The notes: generated by a model from the letters alone, not told the origin. A stretch of 54,417 nucleotides of DNA from Minisyncoccia bacterium (GCA_041499755.1 JBGQKV010000001.1:1-54417), one strand, 5' to 3'; counted from the stretch's first letter, positions 1 to 10,123 are shown. Made by a program: numbers and translations.

Positions 1-2
1 CG

Positions 3-1079
3 ACTTCACAATTAAGTCCAGATACATCCGGGACACAAAAATCTTTAGGCCCAAGTGGCAATGTAATCACGGCTCCCCCGATGGCCCCAGCGCAAAATGC
101 CCCTATACCAGGCACAACTTCTTCTGCCTCGCTAAAAAAAGGGATTTGGGTTTATGGTTATTTTAATCCTAATACTCCCGTATTAAACTCACCAGACGGA
201 GTAAACTGGGCAATAGTAGGACCTCAAATTTCATCGGCTACTCTTACTAATAGTTGGATTTGGCCGGGGGCTGGGATGTTTTTTGCTAACCAACTTAGAT
301 ATTTTGGTATTGATACAGTGATTGGTAATCTCTCATCAAACGATGGAGTAAGCTGGCCTGTTAATAATACTCCGCCTTGGTATCAAAGATATGAGTACAG
401 TACTGTTGAGCATAGTGGAAAAGCATACATTATGGGTGGCGAAGACCAGTCTACAGGGACATTAAAGAACGATGTGTGGGAAACAACTGATGGCATAAAT
501 TGGATTCAAAAAACTAGTGCAGCTCAATGGACACCTCGTTATCGCCCAGCAACTGTTTCTTTTGGAGGCAAAATGTACGTTATGGGTGGAGGAACATCAT
601 CAGGAGTAAGTAATGATGTGTGGTTTTCTTCGAATGGGGGAGTAAATTGGACGCAAGCAATTGCAAACGCTCCATGGGCTGCCCGTGAAAATCATACAGC
701 CTTAGTATTCAATAACAGAATTTGGATTTTTGGAGGTGATAATTCACAAATTCTTGGTTGTATAACCCCTAGTAGCTGTCATTTTTCTGATGTCTGGTCT
801 TCTCCTGATGGGATTAACTGGACACTTGTTATGGCAAATTCTCCTTGGGGTGTTTTTAGTGCAGTTCAAAGAGGACGTGAGAATCACTGCTCTGTTGTTT
901 TTAACGGTAGAATGTGGATAATTGGCGGCGTATCTAACAGTCCCTCTTATGCTCCCGCTCTGTATAAAGATGTTTGGAGTTCAAAAGATGGAATTAATTG
1001 GACCCAAGAAGCCAACTTAACTTCGTTTGTTCCCCCAGGAGTAGATATAAGAGTACCAGCTTGCACTATCGTTCCGTAA
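3..1079 (+). CDS. Kelch-repeat beta-propeller protein, 5'-truncated at window edge
   Basis: Repeated GG..(Y/W)(V/I)(M/F)GG and NDVW.S.DG.NW blocks are typical of Kelch propeller blades. The frame is open from nt 3 with no stop before the ATG at 81, so the gene probably starts upstream of the window. Confidence 0.75.
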   Translation, partial: TSQLSPDTSGTQKSLGPSGNVITAPPMAPAQNAPIPGTTSSASLKKGIWVYGYFNPNTPVLNSPDGVNWAIVGPQISSATLTNSWIWPGAGMFFANQLRYFGIDTVIGNLSSNDGVSWPVNNTPPWYQRYEYSTVEHSGKAYIMGGEDQSTGTLKNDVWETTDGINWIQKTSAAQWTPRYRPATVSFGGKMYVMGGGTSSGVSNDVWFSSNGGVNWTQAIANAPWAARENHTALVFNNRIWIFGGDNSQILGCITPSSCHFSDVWSSPDGINWTLVMANSPWGVFSAVQRGRENHCSVVFNGRMWIIGGVSNSPSYAPALYKDVWSSKDGINWTQEANLTSFVPPGVDIRVPACTIVP

Positions 1080-1081
1080 TT

Positions 1082-1642
1082 TTATTTCCCTCCTAAGATT
1101 TTTAACGCCTCTCTTACTTTTAGATTTGTGGAAGCGCCGTTTGTTTGCTTGAGCGCGTCGCGGGCTTCGGATTGCGAGTAGCCCAGAGATTTCAAAGCTT
1201 CCAATGCATCGAGCTCTTCTTTAAGCCCGGTTTCTTTCTCATTTTCAAATTTATCCCGCAGTTCCAGCACAATTTTTTCCGCAGTTTTCCTGCCGATGCC
1301 GGAGATTTTTGTCAGGTAGGCCGTGTCTCCGGTGCCGATAGCTTTCCGCAATGTCTCAATAGAGGCGACACTCAAGACAATAAGTGCGGATTTTGGCCCA
1401 ATGCCGGATACATTTATGAGCATTTCAAAGAATTCCAATTCGTTTCTCTCCAAAAATCCATATAAATCAATTGCATCTTCCAGTACGTGAGTGTGAATCC
1501 AAAGGAAGATATCTTCCCCAATTTTTTTTGTTTTAGACAGCGTATCTGGCGAGACGCTAATCTTATATCCTACGCCATTAGTTTCCACTACCAAGTATTT
1601 ATCAGTCCGTAAGATTATTTTCCCTTTTATACTGCCGATCAT
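1082..1642 (-). CDS. ruvA: Holliday junction branch migration protein RuvA
   Basis: N-terminus MIGSIKGKI...VVETNGVGYKISVS, HhH region VSGIGPKSA / ISGIGRKTAEKI, and a C-terminal domain III. Confidence 0.9.
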   Translation of the reverse strand: MIGSIKGKIILRTDKYLVVETNGVGYKISVSPDTLSKTKKIGEDIFLWIHTHVLEDAIDLYGFLERNELEFFEMLINVSGIGPKSALIVLSVASIETLRKAIGTGDTAYLTKISGIGRKTAEKIVLELRDKFENEKETGLKEELDALEALKSLGYSQSEARDALKQTNGASTNLKVREALKILGGK

Positions 1643-1696
1643 ATTCTTATTATAGCAGAATTTGCGTTTTAAGGATTTTTCTGTTATCTTTATTTT

Positions 1697-1948
1697 ATGC
1701 CAATAACAAAATCAGCTAAAAAGGCGATGCGCGGGTCGCTCCGTAAAAAAGCTGTCAATGATAGGCGCAAGCGCACAATGAAAGAGATAATCAAAAAGAT
1801 AGAAAAGATTGTAAAGACGGACAAAAAAGAGGCAACTAAATTGCTTCCTGTTGCGTATAAAGCTATAGATAAAGCTGTAAAAACAGGAGTTATCAAGAAA
1901 AACAATGCGGCCCGCAAGAAGTCGCGTCTTTCAAGGCTTGTAAAATAA
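1697..1948 (+). CDS. rpsT: 30S ribosomal protein bS20
   Basis: 83-aa basic protein starting MPITKSAKKAMR..., typical of S20. Confidence 0.9.
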   Translation: MPITKSAKKAMRGSLRKKAVNDRRKRTMKEIIKKIEKIVKTDKKEATKLLPVAYKAIDKAVKTGVIKKNNAARKKSRLSRLVK

Positions 1949-1952
1949 ACAA

Positions 1953-2231
1953 ATGAGCAATTTGCTTGAATTTTATGGTACTGAATGCCCGCACTGTGTG
2001 CGGATGCACGAGCTTGTAGAACGCTTGGAAACCGAAGAAAAAGTGAAGGTGGATGCTTATGAAGTCTGGCACAATGATGAAAATGCCAAGAAGCTTGAAG
2101 AGTTGGATAAAGATATGTGCGGAGGGGTGCCGTTCTTCTATAATACAGATACAAAGAAATTTATTTGCGGAGAAGATTCATATGAAATATTAAAAGCTTG
2201 GGCGAAAGGGGAGCCATTCACCCAAAGTTAA
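1953..2231 (+). CDS. thioredoxin/glutaredoxin-fold protein (CPHC motif)
   Basis: FYGTECPHCV active-site-like motif near the N-terminus and a late GGVPFF motif, in a 92-aa protein. Confidence 0.6.
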   Translation: MSNLLEFYGTECPHCVRMHELVERLETEEKVKVDAYEVWHNDENAKKLEELDKDMCGGVPFFYNTDTKKFICGEDSYEILKAWAKGEPFTQS

Positions 2232-2245
2232 TCATATACAATAGT

Positions 2246-3055
2246 ATGCCAATAATTGAAGTAAAAAATTTAACAAAGAAATTTGGAGCAGGAGAAAATA
2301 CAGTCATAGCCGTTAATAGCGTCTCCTTTTCTGTGCCAGAAGGAAAAATTTTTGCATTCTTGGGGCCGAACGGTGCTGGAAAAACTACGACTATTAAAAT
2401 GTTGACGACGTTGCTAGAGCCGACAGGAGGGGATGCTCTAATAAACGGTTTTGATTTAAAAAACGAGCGAGATAATATCCGTCACTCTTTTGGCATAGTT
2501 TTTCAAGATCCAAGTTTGGATGATGATCTGTCTGCATATGAAAATATGGAATTTCACGCTGTTTTGTATGGAGTAGGTAAAGCAGAGCGGGTGAAAAGAA
2601 TTGAAGAGCTTTTAAAATTAGTTGATCTGTGGGATCGAAAAGGAGATTTTGTGAAAAATTATTCTGGAGGGATGAAGCGCCGGCTGGAAATCGCTCGCTC
2701 TCTGATCCACACGCCAAAAATTATTTTCCTAGATGAGCCGACGGTAGGCCTTGATCCACAGACTCGCAATCATATCTGGTCTTATGTGGTAAATCTTTCT
2801 AAAAAAGAAGGAGTGACAGTTTTTTTAACCACGCACTATATGGAGGAAGCTGATAAAATGGCGGATAACGTAGTGATCATTGATCATGGGAAGATTATAG
2901 GCTCTGGAACCCCGGAGGAATTAAAAAGTAAAACCGGTACGACTTCTTTAGAAGAGGCTTTTTTGAAGTTAACTGGTAACACTATCCGTCCTGATGAGGC
3001 GACTTCTATGGATGCACTTCGCTCACAAGCCAGAATGTGGGGTAGGAGAAAGTAA
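2246..3055 (+). CDS. ABC transporter ATP-binding protein
   Basis: Walker A GPNGAGKTT, signature YSGGMKRRL, Walker B IIFLDEPT. Start moved to the ATG at 2246 (MPIIEVKNLTKKFG), which removes the overlap with the upstream gene. Confidence 0.9.
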   Translation: MPIIEVKNLTKKFGAGENTVIAVNSVSFSVPEGKIFAFLGPNGAGKTTTIKMLTTLLEPTGGDALINGFDLKNERDNIRHSFGIVFQDPSLDDDLSAYENMEFHAVLYGVGKAERVKRIEELLKLVDLWDRKGDFVKNYSGGMKRRLEIARSLIHTPKIIFLDEPTVGLDPQTRNHIWSYVVNLSKKEGVTVFLTTHYMEEADKMADNVVIIDHGKIIGSGTPEELKSKTGTTSLEEAFLKLTGNTIRPDEATSMDALRSQARMWGRRK

Positions 3056-3082
3056 CGCGAAAATAATAAGAAAATAAAAATT

Positions 3083-3829
3083 ATGAATGCAATTTATATC
3101 CTTTGGATAAGACAACTTAAAAAATATTGGAGATCAAAGCCTAGAATTATCGGTTCACTCGGCCAGCCGGTATTGTTTTTGCTCGTATTTGGCTTTGGTT
3201 TCGGCTCAATTTTTCAAAAAGCAGGAGGTGGAAGCTATATCCAATTTTTGGTGCCTGGCATTGTGGCGATGGCGGTCGTCTTTACGGCAATATTCGGAGG
3301 CATTGAACTCATTTGGGACAGGCAGTTTGGATTTTTAAAAGAGACTATGGTAGCGCCAGTTTCTCGTTTTAGCATTATGCTCGGACGAACTTTTGGCGGA
3401 GCGACTGTCTCTGTTATCCAGGGGATAGCGGTGCTTATAATTTCTTTTTTGGTTGGTTTCAAGATGAGTAATCTTTTGATGATAATCCCTGCGATAGTTT
3501 TTATGTTTCTCACCGCATTTCTTTTCACAGCGCTCGGCACGGCTATTGCTTCCAAACTTACCGACATGCAAGCATTCCCGATTATCATGAACTTTTTAGT
3601 GATGCCATTATTTTTTCTCTCTGGTTCCATTTTTCCATTGACCACTGCACCGAAGGCTATGCAGATTTTAGGTAAAATTGATCCGCTTACTTACGGGATA
3701 GATGGCTTGCGTTATGTTTTTATCGGTACTTCTACTTTCAACCCTTGGATCGATCTTATTGTCCTTATCGGTGTCTCACTACTATTTCTATTAATAGGCA
3801 AGTATCTTTTTGAAAAAATGGAGGCATAA
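3083..3829 (+). CDS. ABC-2 type transporter permease
   Basis: About 6 hydrophobic segments, directly downstream of the ABC ATPase, with ABC-2-like layout. Confidence 0.8.
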   Translation: MNAIYILWIRQLKKYWRSKPRIIGSLGQPVLFLLVFGFGFGSIFQKAGGGSYIQFLVPGIVAMAVVFTAIFGGIELIWDRQFGFLKETMVAPVSRFSIMLGRTFGGATVSVIQGIAVLIISFLVGFKMSNLLMIIPAIVFMFLTAFLFTALGTAIASKLTDMQAFPIIMNFLVMPLFFLSGSIFPLTTAPKAMQILGKIDPLTYGIDGLRYVFIGTSTFNPWIDLIVLIGVSLLFLLIGKYLFEKMEA

Positions 3830-3984
3830 AAGCCTTATTTAGAAGGGGTTGCAAGCTATCAACAGAATATACACACTCTTTCCACAGGATAAATTTGACA
3901 ATACCCCTCGAATATAACAGAATGCAACTGTTGGTTTTTAGCTCTTTATTATAAGTTTTTATTAATTTAATCACAAATATTACT

Positions 3985-6900
3985 ATGAAAAAAATTCTTA
4001 GCGTTTCTCTAGTCGCCCTTTTTATTATAAGCCTCAGTCTTTTAGTCGTTTCAAAAACTTACGCCCAAACGGATCCAGATCCTATTCCTCCATCCGATAC
4101 GCCAAGTGATACTCCACCGCCTGCGGATGTTCCAAGTGATACACCCCCACCAGCTGATGTTCCACCTGCTCCAATCCCTGTGCTTACGACTGATCAAGCT
4201 GATTACAATCCTGGCGACACCGCTAATATTTTTGGAAATCTTTTTCCATCGCTCCAAAATTTTGTTTTGAGGATTTTTGGTAATTCAGAAATTGGTAATC
4301 ACTATACAGATACATCTTTTACCGTAAACTCTGATAACGCTGGAAGTTTTTCTTATGCTTATCTTCTTGATAATATGTACCGCCCGCTTTATACGGTAAC
4401 AGCAAGCACTCTTGATGGTGAAGAAATTGCTAGCACTACATTTACTGATGCTGCAGGCGCAGGTGTTGATGTTTATTCTCAATGCGCAAATGACGATGGA
4501 GACGGTTATACAGGAAATCCAGGAGTTTGTAATTGGACAAACGGAGATCTTAACGGAAGCAACTCTACGTACACAGAAGAAGATTCAACAGTACAACGAC
4601 TTGTAATAAGTGGGTTATCAAACGGAGCCCACACCGTTGTTGTTGAATATCAGACTACCAAAGGAGGAAAACATGCATACGATTTTTTAACTAACGATAC
4701 AGCTTCAGAAACTTGGGTTACTGACGCAGATCTTTGCAGTGGCCCAGTAACTACAGCAATGCCATCATGTACTTCTTTGAGCTCTAATCTTTCTCCATCA
4801 CTCCCTCACGATACGTTAAATACATTAGGAACAGATGATACTAATCAGCATTTCAAGATTAAAAATGGAACAATTACTTCTTTTGGAACACCTACATTAG
4901 TAAACGGTTCTTATGGAGCAGATAGTTTGACGGATATTGCAGTAAACTTTACGGTAAACACAAGTACTTGTGCTGACGCAAGTAATAATGGGAAATGTCC
5001 CGTCTTTATAACTTGGGGTGCACACGTTTCAAGTCAAGCTGATTGGGGAGCTGGTTCTTCAGCAGTGAATATCAGTGGTTCTCCTTACCACGTTAAAGTA
5101 GTTGAGCTTGATGGCGGATCAACAGGCAATCGCGACAATCAAATGGCTGCGAGTGCAATAGTTATTCCAAATACTATTACGATTCATAAAGTCACTGACC
5201 CTTCAACTGACACAACAACTAGCTTTACTTACACAACAACAGGTACAGGTTTTAGTGGATTTAATTTAACTGGTGGTACTTCCAATACACAAAATGTTAC
5301 TCCAGGTTCTTACTCAATTACAGAAAGTACTCTTTCTGGTTGGGGAGTTACAGGACTTACTTGTAGTGCAACTGGGACAGGCACTAGTGCTACACCAAAT
5401 GTCGGCACTCGCTCTGTCGCAATCACAGTTGGTTCTGCCGGTGGCGGAGTTGTAGATTGTATTTATACAAATACTTTACAGCAAGCACATTTAACTTTAG
5501 TTAAAACTGTTACCAATGATAACGGAGGTACTGTAGTAGCAACTGCTTGGACATTAAATGGTTCTGGACCAACACCGATTTCTGGTGCTACTGGAAGTGG
5601 CGCAGTTACTAACGCAGCTGTGAACGCTGGCACTTATGCATTATCTGAAACTAGTGGACCATCCGGATATACAGCTGGATCATGGACATGTTCAGGTGGA
5701 ACACAAAACAGTAGCAACATTACTCTTACTGCAGGACAGAGCGCTACTTGTACAATAAATAATAATGACAACGCTCCATCTCTTACCCTTAATAAAATAG
5801 TAGTAAATGATAATGGAGGCACATCTCTTGAGAGTGCTTGGACTTTGACAGCAAATGGTCCAACGACAATTTCTGGTCCTGGCGCAGCTGGTTCTACAGA
5901 TGTTGTTTCTGGTTCTAATTTCTCTGCTGGCACTTATGCTCTTTCTGAATCTTCTGGTCCATCTGGATACACTCCAAGTGCTTGGACTTGTACGGGCGGA
6001 ACACAAAACGGCAGCAACATTACTTTGACTATTGGCCAATCTGCAACTTGTACAATAACAAACAATGACAACCCAGCTCATTTGATAGTCATCAAGCACG
6101 TAATAAACGATAATGGAGGGACAGCTACAGCTTCAAACTTCACAATGACAATCGGAGGAGTGACCGCTGTCGGCGGAAATTCATTTGCCGGTGCTGAGAA
6201 TCCTGGAACAGATAAGACTCTTTCTACTCTCGGTGCATATACTGTTACTGAAGGCGCAATGGCAGGTTACACCCAAACATCCGCTTCAGCTGATTGTTCT
6301 GGAACAATTGCACAAGGTGAGACAAAAACTTGCACTATCACAAACAACGACATTGCCCCAACTCTTACTCTCATAAAAACTGTAATTAATGACAACGGCG
6401 GTACAGCAACGACAGCAAGCTTTCAGGGCATGATTGATAGCGGAAATGTTCCATGGACCATAGCTCAAACAACCACTGCTGGCGCACACACTGCATCTGA
6501 AACTACTCTTCCAACATACGCAGCCGGGAACTGGGGAGGAGATTGTGCTGCAAATGGAACAATCACTCTTGCGCTTGCACAGAATGCAACTTGTACTATC
6601 ACGAACAATGATATTCCAGCTCACCTTATTGTTATTAAACATGTGATCAACGACAATGGAGGCGCTGCATTAGCAAATACTTTCACAACTACAATTTCTT
6701 CTGTCACTACTGCTACTCCTACAGCCGCTGGAGTTGAATCTCCGGGCGTAGATAACACTTTGACTTCTGTCGGTGCATATTCTGTTGACGAAGGAGCACA
6801 CGTTGGTTATGTCAAAACACTTTCTGCTGATTGCACAGGATCAATTGCACTTGGCGAGACAAAAACTTGTACAATCACCAACGATGACATTCAGCCAAAA

Positions 6901-9900
6901 CTAACTTTAACTAAAATTGTTGTGAATGATAATGGTGGTAATGCTGTAGTTTCTGACTTCCCATTATTTGTGAACGTAACAGGCGTAACGAGCGGAGTAC
7001 AAAATGGTTTCAATGCTGGTGTTTACACCGCATCCGAAACAAATCTTACAGGTTATACAGCCGGCTCATGGACAGGGGATTGCGCAGTAAACGGATCTGT
7101 CACACTCGCACCTGGAGATGTAAAAGCTTGCACGATAACAAACAATGATCAACCTGCACACATCATTCTTAATAAAGTAGTAATAAATAACAACGGCGGG
7201 ACAGCTGGAATAAATGATTTCGGACTTACTGTCGGAGGAAACGCAGTTAATTCCGGAGTTAATTCTTCTGTAAATTCTAATCAGGCTATTGCCTTAAATG
7301 AAGCAGGTCTTACTGGATACAATTTCGTGTCTCTCACTGGAGATGCGAAATGCCCATCAGTACTTAATGGTACAGTTACGCTCAATGAAGGTGAAACAGT
7401 TACCTGTACTATTACAAATGATGACATCCCTGCACACTTAATCGTGATCAAGCATGTGATCAACGACAACGGAGGTACAGCGGTAGCTGGAGATTTCACC
7501 ATGAACATTGGCGGAGTCACAGCAACGGGTGGTAATTCATTCGCTGGTGTTGAAAATCCTGGAACTGATAAAACATTGACATCAGTTGGTGCTTACACAG
7601 TCACTGAAGGAGCAATGACCGGTTATGCAGAAAGTGATTCAGCAGATTGCTCTGGCACGATTGCATTAGGCCAAACAAAAACTTGTACCGTAACGAACAA
7701 CGATATTTCTCCAAAATTAACCGTCACAAAAATTGTTATTAACGACAACGGTGGAACAAAAGTAGTATCTGACTTCCCACTCTTCGTGAATACGACAGGA
7801 GTCGTCTCAGGAGTGCAAAATAATTTTAACGCAGGTTCATATACCGTTTCCGAGACTGCTGATTCAGGCTACAGCTCTGTAATTTCTGGAGATTGTACTT
7901 CAAATGGTAGTGTCACTCTTGCATTAGGAGAGGTGAAAGCTTGTACGATTACCAACGATGATATTGCTCCAACTCTTACTCTCGTAAAAACTGTAATAAA
8001 TGATAATGGCGGTACAGCCGTCACCACAGACTTTCAAGGTAAAATTGATGGAGGCAATGTTCCATGGACTGTAGCGCAAACAACTTCTGCAGGTGCACAC
8101 ACTGCCACTGAAACTAATCTACCAGGTTACACTGCCGGAAATTGGGGAGGAGATTGCGCTGCGAATGGAACTATCACATTAGCTCTTGCTCAAAATGCGA
8201 CTTGTACGATTACGAATGATGACCAACAGGCTTACATTATAGTGAACAAGACTGTCATTAATGACAACGGCGGAACTGCGATAGCTAATGATTTCTTACT
8301 GACAGTAGATACTAATGCTGTCTCAGATGAAGTGGCATATGCAGTGAACCCTGGAACACACACAGCTGGCGAGACTTTACTTCCTGGATACTCTGCTGGA
8401 GCTTGGGGTGGAGATTGTAATGTAAGTGCTTCTGTCACTGTAGCTCTTGGCCAGACAAAGACTTGTACAATAACCAACGATGACATTCAACCAAAACTTA
8501 CTTTGATCAAGCACGTTGTAAATGACAATGGCGGAACAAAAATAGTTTCCGATTTCCCATTATTTGTAAATGCAACCGGAGTTACTTCTGGAGTGCAAAA
8601 CGGATTTAATGCTGGTGCTTACACTGCGTCTGAAACAAATCAGACTGGTTACACTGCATTAAGTTGGAGTGGAGATTGTGACGCGAATGGAAATGTCACG
8701 TTAGCAATAGGGGACACTAAGACTTGTGAAATCACCAACAACGACATCGCCCCAAAACTAACTGTCACTAAAATCGTAATAAACGATAATGGCGGAACAA
8801 AAGTAGTTTCTGATTTCCCACTATTCGTAAATACAACAGGAGTTGTCTCTGGAGTACAAAATAATTTTAACGCTGGTTCGTACACAGTTTCTGAAACAAC
8901 TGATTCTGGTTATAGTTCTGTAATATCTGGAGATTGTGCATCAAATGGCGCTGTAACACTCGCCCTTGCTGAAGTTAAAGCTTGTACAATAACGAACAAT
9001 GACATCGCGCCTACTTTGACTCTCGTTAAGACTGTTATAAACAATAATGGCGGTACTGCAACAACGACAAGCTTTCAGGGCATGATTGATAGTGGAAATG
9101 TTCCTTGGGCAGTAGCACAAACTATGACAGCCGGAGCCCACACTGCGTCTGAAACTACACTACCAGGCTACACTGCAGGCAATTGGGGAGGAGATTGTGC
9201 CGCAAATGGAACAGTTAGTCTAGCCCTTGGTCAGAATAAGACTTGTACTATTACCAATGATGATCAGCCAGCTCATTTGATTGTTATAAAACATGTCATC
9301 AATGATGATGGAGACGTGGCTATAGCTTCTGACTTCACAATGCATCTTACAGGTAGCAGTCTTTCAACTAATGATTTCGCTGGTAGTGAATCAGGTGTAA
9401 ATGTCACTTTAAATGCTGGAGCTTATACTGCAAATGAAGTATCAAGCGCAGGATATGCCAAGACACTCTCCGCTGACTGCTCAGGAACAATTGCAGTAGG
9501 ACAGACCAAGACTTGCACTATAACTAATAATGATATTCCGCACGCAACACGTACTCAAGGTTTCTGGCAGACCCATACCACTTATACTTCTGGAGTATTC
9601 GCAGGATTTAGTGGAGCACTAACGATTGGAACGCACAGCATTAATACTACTTCCAAACTCTTCGCTGGCTTTTATGCAAGTATTCCAAAGACTACGACTG
9701 GTTCACAGCGTACAGCGCTCGATAAAGCTCGAATGCAAATGCTTCAGCAGTGGCTCGCGGCAAAATTAAATTGTCAGTCATTCGGATGCAGTGCTGGAAC
9801 TCTAACAATGCTCGCAAATGCCGCTACAGCTTGGGCAACAACAAACACATCTTCAATTCAATCATTCGCTGGCCAGCTTGATGCCTACAACAATAGCAAC

Positions 9901-9996
9901 GACGCTCTGCCAATTTCAGGACAGGGAAGTGCAACACCAAAAGTTTCGCAATCGACTGCGGATGCTAGCCTTTCGTTTTGGAACGTCCTTCCATAA
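3985..9996 (+). CDS. giant secreted surface protein (2003 aa) with 15 tandem beta-sandwich-like domains
   Basis: Signal-peptide-like N-terminus (MKKILSVSLVALFIISLSLLVVSKTYAQ) and a Pro-rich PSDTPPPADVP repeat. A ~450-aa unique region follows, then 15 units with the signature L.(L/V).K.V(I/V)NDNGGT...C....G......(T/A)CTITN(N/D)D, then a ~150-aa unique C-terminal domain (TRTQGFWQTHT...). Confidence 0.85.
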   Translation: MKKILSVSLVALFIISLSLLVVSKTYAQTDPDPIPPSDTPSDTPPPADVPSDTPPPADVPPAPIPVLTTDQADYNPGDTANIFGNLFPSLQNFVLRIFGNSEIGNHYTDTSFTVNSDNAGSFSYAYLLDNMYRPLYTVTASTLDGEEIASTTFTDAAGAGVDVYSQCANDDGDGYTGNPGVCNWTNGDLNGSNSTYTEEDSTVQRLVISGLSNGAHTVVVEYQTTKGGKHAYDFLTNDTASETWVTDADLCSGPVTTAMPSCTSLSSNLSPSLPHDTLNTLGTDDTNQHFKIKNGTITSFGTPTLVNGSYGADSLTDIAVNFTVNTSTCADASNNGKCPVFITWGAHVSSQADWGAGSSAVNISGSPYHVKVVELDGGSTGNRDNQMAASAIVIPNTITIHKVTDPSTDTTTSFTYTTTGTGFSGFNLTGGTSNTQNVTPGSYSITESTLSGWGVTGLTCSATGTGTSATPNVGTRSVAITVGSAGGGVVDCIYTNTLQQAHLTLVKTVTNDNGGTVVATAWTLNGSGPTPISGATGSGAVTNAAVNAGTYALSETSGPSGYTAGSWTCSGGTQNSSNITLTAGQSATCTINNNDNAPSLTLNKIVVNDNGGTSLESAWTLTANGPTTISGPGAAGSTDVVSGSNFSAGTYALSESSGPSGYTPSAWTCTGGTQNGSNITLTIGQSATCTITNNDNPAHLIVIKHVINDNGGTATASNFTMTIGGVTAVGGNSFAGAENPGTDKTLSTLGAYTVTEGAMAGYTQTSASADCSGTIAQGETKTCTITNNDIAPTLTLIKTVINDNGGTATTASFQGMIDSGNVPWTIAQTTTAGAHTASETTLPTYAAGNWGGDCAANGTITLALAQNATCTITNNDIPAHLIVIKHVINDNGGAALANTFTTTISSVTTATPTAAGVESPGVDNTLTSVGAYSVDEGAHVGYVKTLSADCTGSIALGETKTCTITNDDIQPKLTLTKIVVNDNGGNAVVSDFPLFVNVTGVTSGVQNGFNAGVYTASETNLTGYTAGSWTGDCAVNGSVTLAPGDVKACTITNNDQPAHIILNKVVINNNGGTAGINDFGLTVGGNAVNSGVNSSVNSNQAIALNEAGLTGYNFVSLTGDAKCPSVLNGTVTLNEGETVTCTITNDDIPAHLIVIKHVINDNGGTAVAGDFTMNIGGVTATGGNSFAGVENPGTDKTLTSVGAYTVTEGAMTGYAESDSADCSGTIALGQTKTCTVTNNDISPKLTVTKIVINDNGGTKVVSDFPLFVNTTGVVSGVQNNFNAGSYTVSETADSGYSSVISGDCTSNGSVTLALGEVKACTITNDDIAPTLTLVKTVINDNGGTAVTTDFQGKIDGGNVPWTVAQTTSAGAHTATETNLPGYTAGNWGGDCAANGTITLALAQNATCTITNDDQQAYIIVNKTVINDNGGTAIANDFLLTVDTNAVSDEVAYAVNPGTHTAGETLLPGYSAGAWGGDCNVSASVTVALGQTKTCTITNDDIQPKLTLIKHVVNDNGGTKIVSDFPLFVNATGVTSGVQNGFNAGAYTASETNQTGYTALSWSGDCDANGNVTLAIGDTKTCEITNNDIAPKLTVTKIVINDNGGTKVVSDFPLFVNTTGVVSGVQNNFNAGSYTVSETTDSGYSSVISGDCASNGAVTLALAEVKACTITNNDIAPTLTLVKTVINNNGGTATTTSFQGMIDSGNVPWAVAQTMTAGAHTASETTLPGYTAGNWGGDCAANGTVSLALGQNKTCTITNDDQPAHLIVIKHVINDDGDVAIASDFTMHLTGSSLSTNDFAGSESGVNVTLNAGAYTANEVSSAGYAKTLSADCSGTIAVGQTKTCTITNNDIPHATRTQGFWQTHTTYTSGVFAGFSGALTIGTHSINTTSKLFAGFYASIPKTTTGSQRTALDKARMQMLQQWLAAKLNCQSFGCSAGTLTMLANAATAWATTNTSSIQSFAGQLDAYNNSNDALPISGQGSATPKVSQSTADASLSFWNVLP
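5480..9545 (+). repeat. coding tandem repeat array, 15 units of about 86-100 codons
   Basis: Units fall into subtypes: LIVIKHVINDNGG, LTLVKTVINDNGG..FQG.ID.GNVPW and LTVTKIVINDNGGTKVVSDFPLFVN. The blocks at 7714-8230 and 8755-9270 have the same subtype order. Confidence 0.9.
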
Positions 9997-10031
9997 TTAC
10001 CTTTTAACCTTTAATTTTAAGGACAAAATTA

Positions 10032-10062
10032 CCCTGACTTTAAATCAGGGCATTTTTGTTTT
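10032..10062 (+). terminator. intrinsic terminator after the giant gene
   Basis: CCCTGA / 7-nt loop / TCAGGG hairpin followed by CATTTTTGTTTTT. Confidence 0.7.
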
Positions 10063-10094
10063 TCCACAGCAATCCACAAGGTATCCACAAATAG

Positions 10095-10123
10095 TTGACA
10101 AAGTTCTGACATTGTGCTAGACT
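10095..10123 (+). promoter_or_regulatory. sigma70-type promoter TTGACA-17-TAGACT (TGC-extended)
   Basis: TTGACA at 10095-10100, a 17-nt spacer ending in TGC, and TAGACT at 10118-10123, upstream of the CDS at 10210. Confidence 0.6.

Noticed and set aside
4051-9141. Numerous 60-135-aa antisense or off-frame ORFs inside the giant gene, and similar ones inside other long genes (for example 1145-1465, 24356-24961, 25163-25690, 44790-45336, 49327-50116).
   Set aside because: These are shadow ORFs of long, well-supported genes on the other strand or frame. Their sequences are low-complexity or Cys/Arg-rich, as is typical of non-coding frames.
5480-9545. Regular ~270-300 nt periodic repeats that could be mistaken for a repeat array or CRISPR-like structure.
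   Set aside because: The units are far longer than CRISPR repeats, have no spacers, and lie in one continuous open reading frame encoding homologous protein domains.
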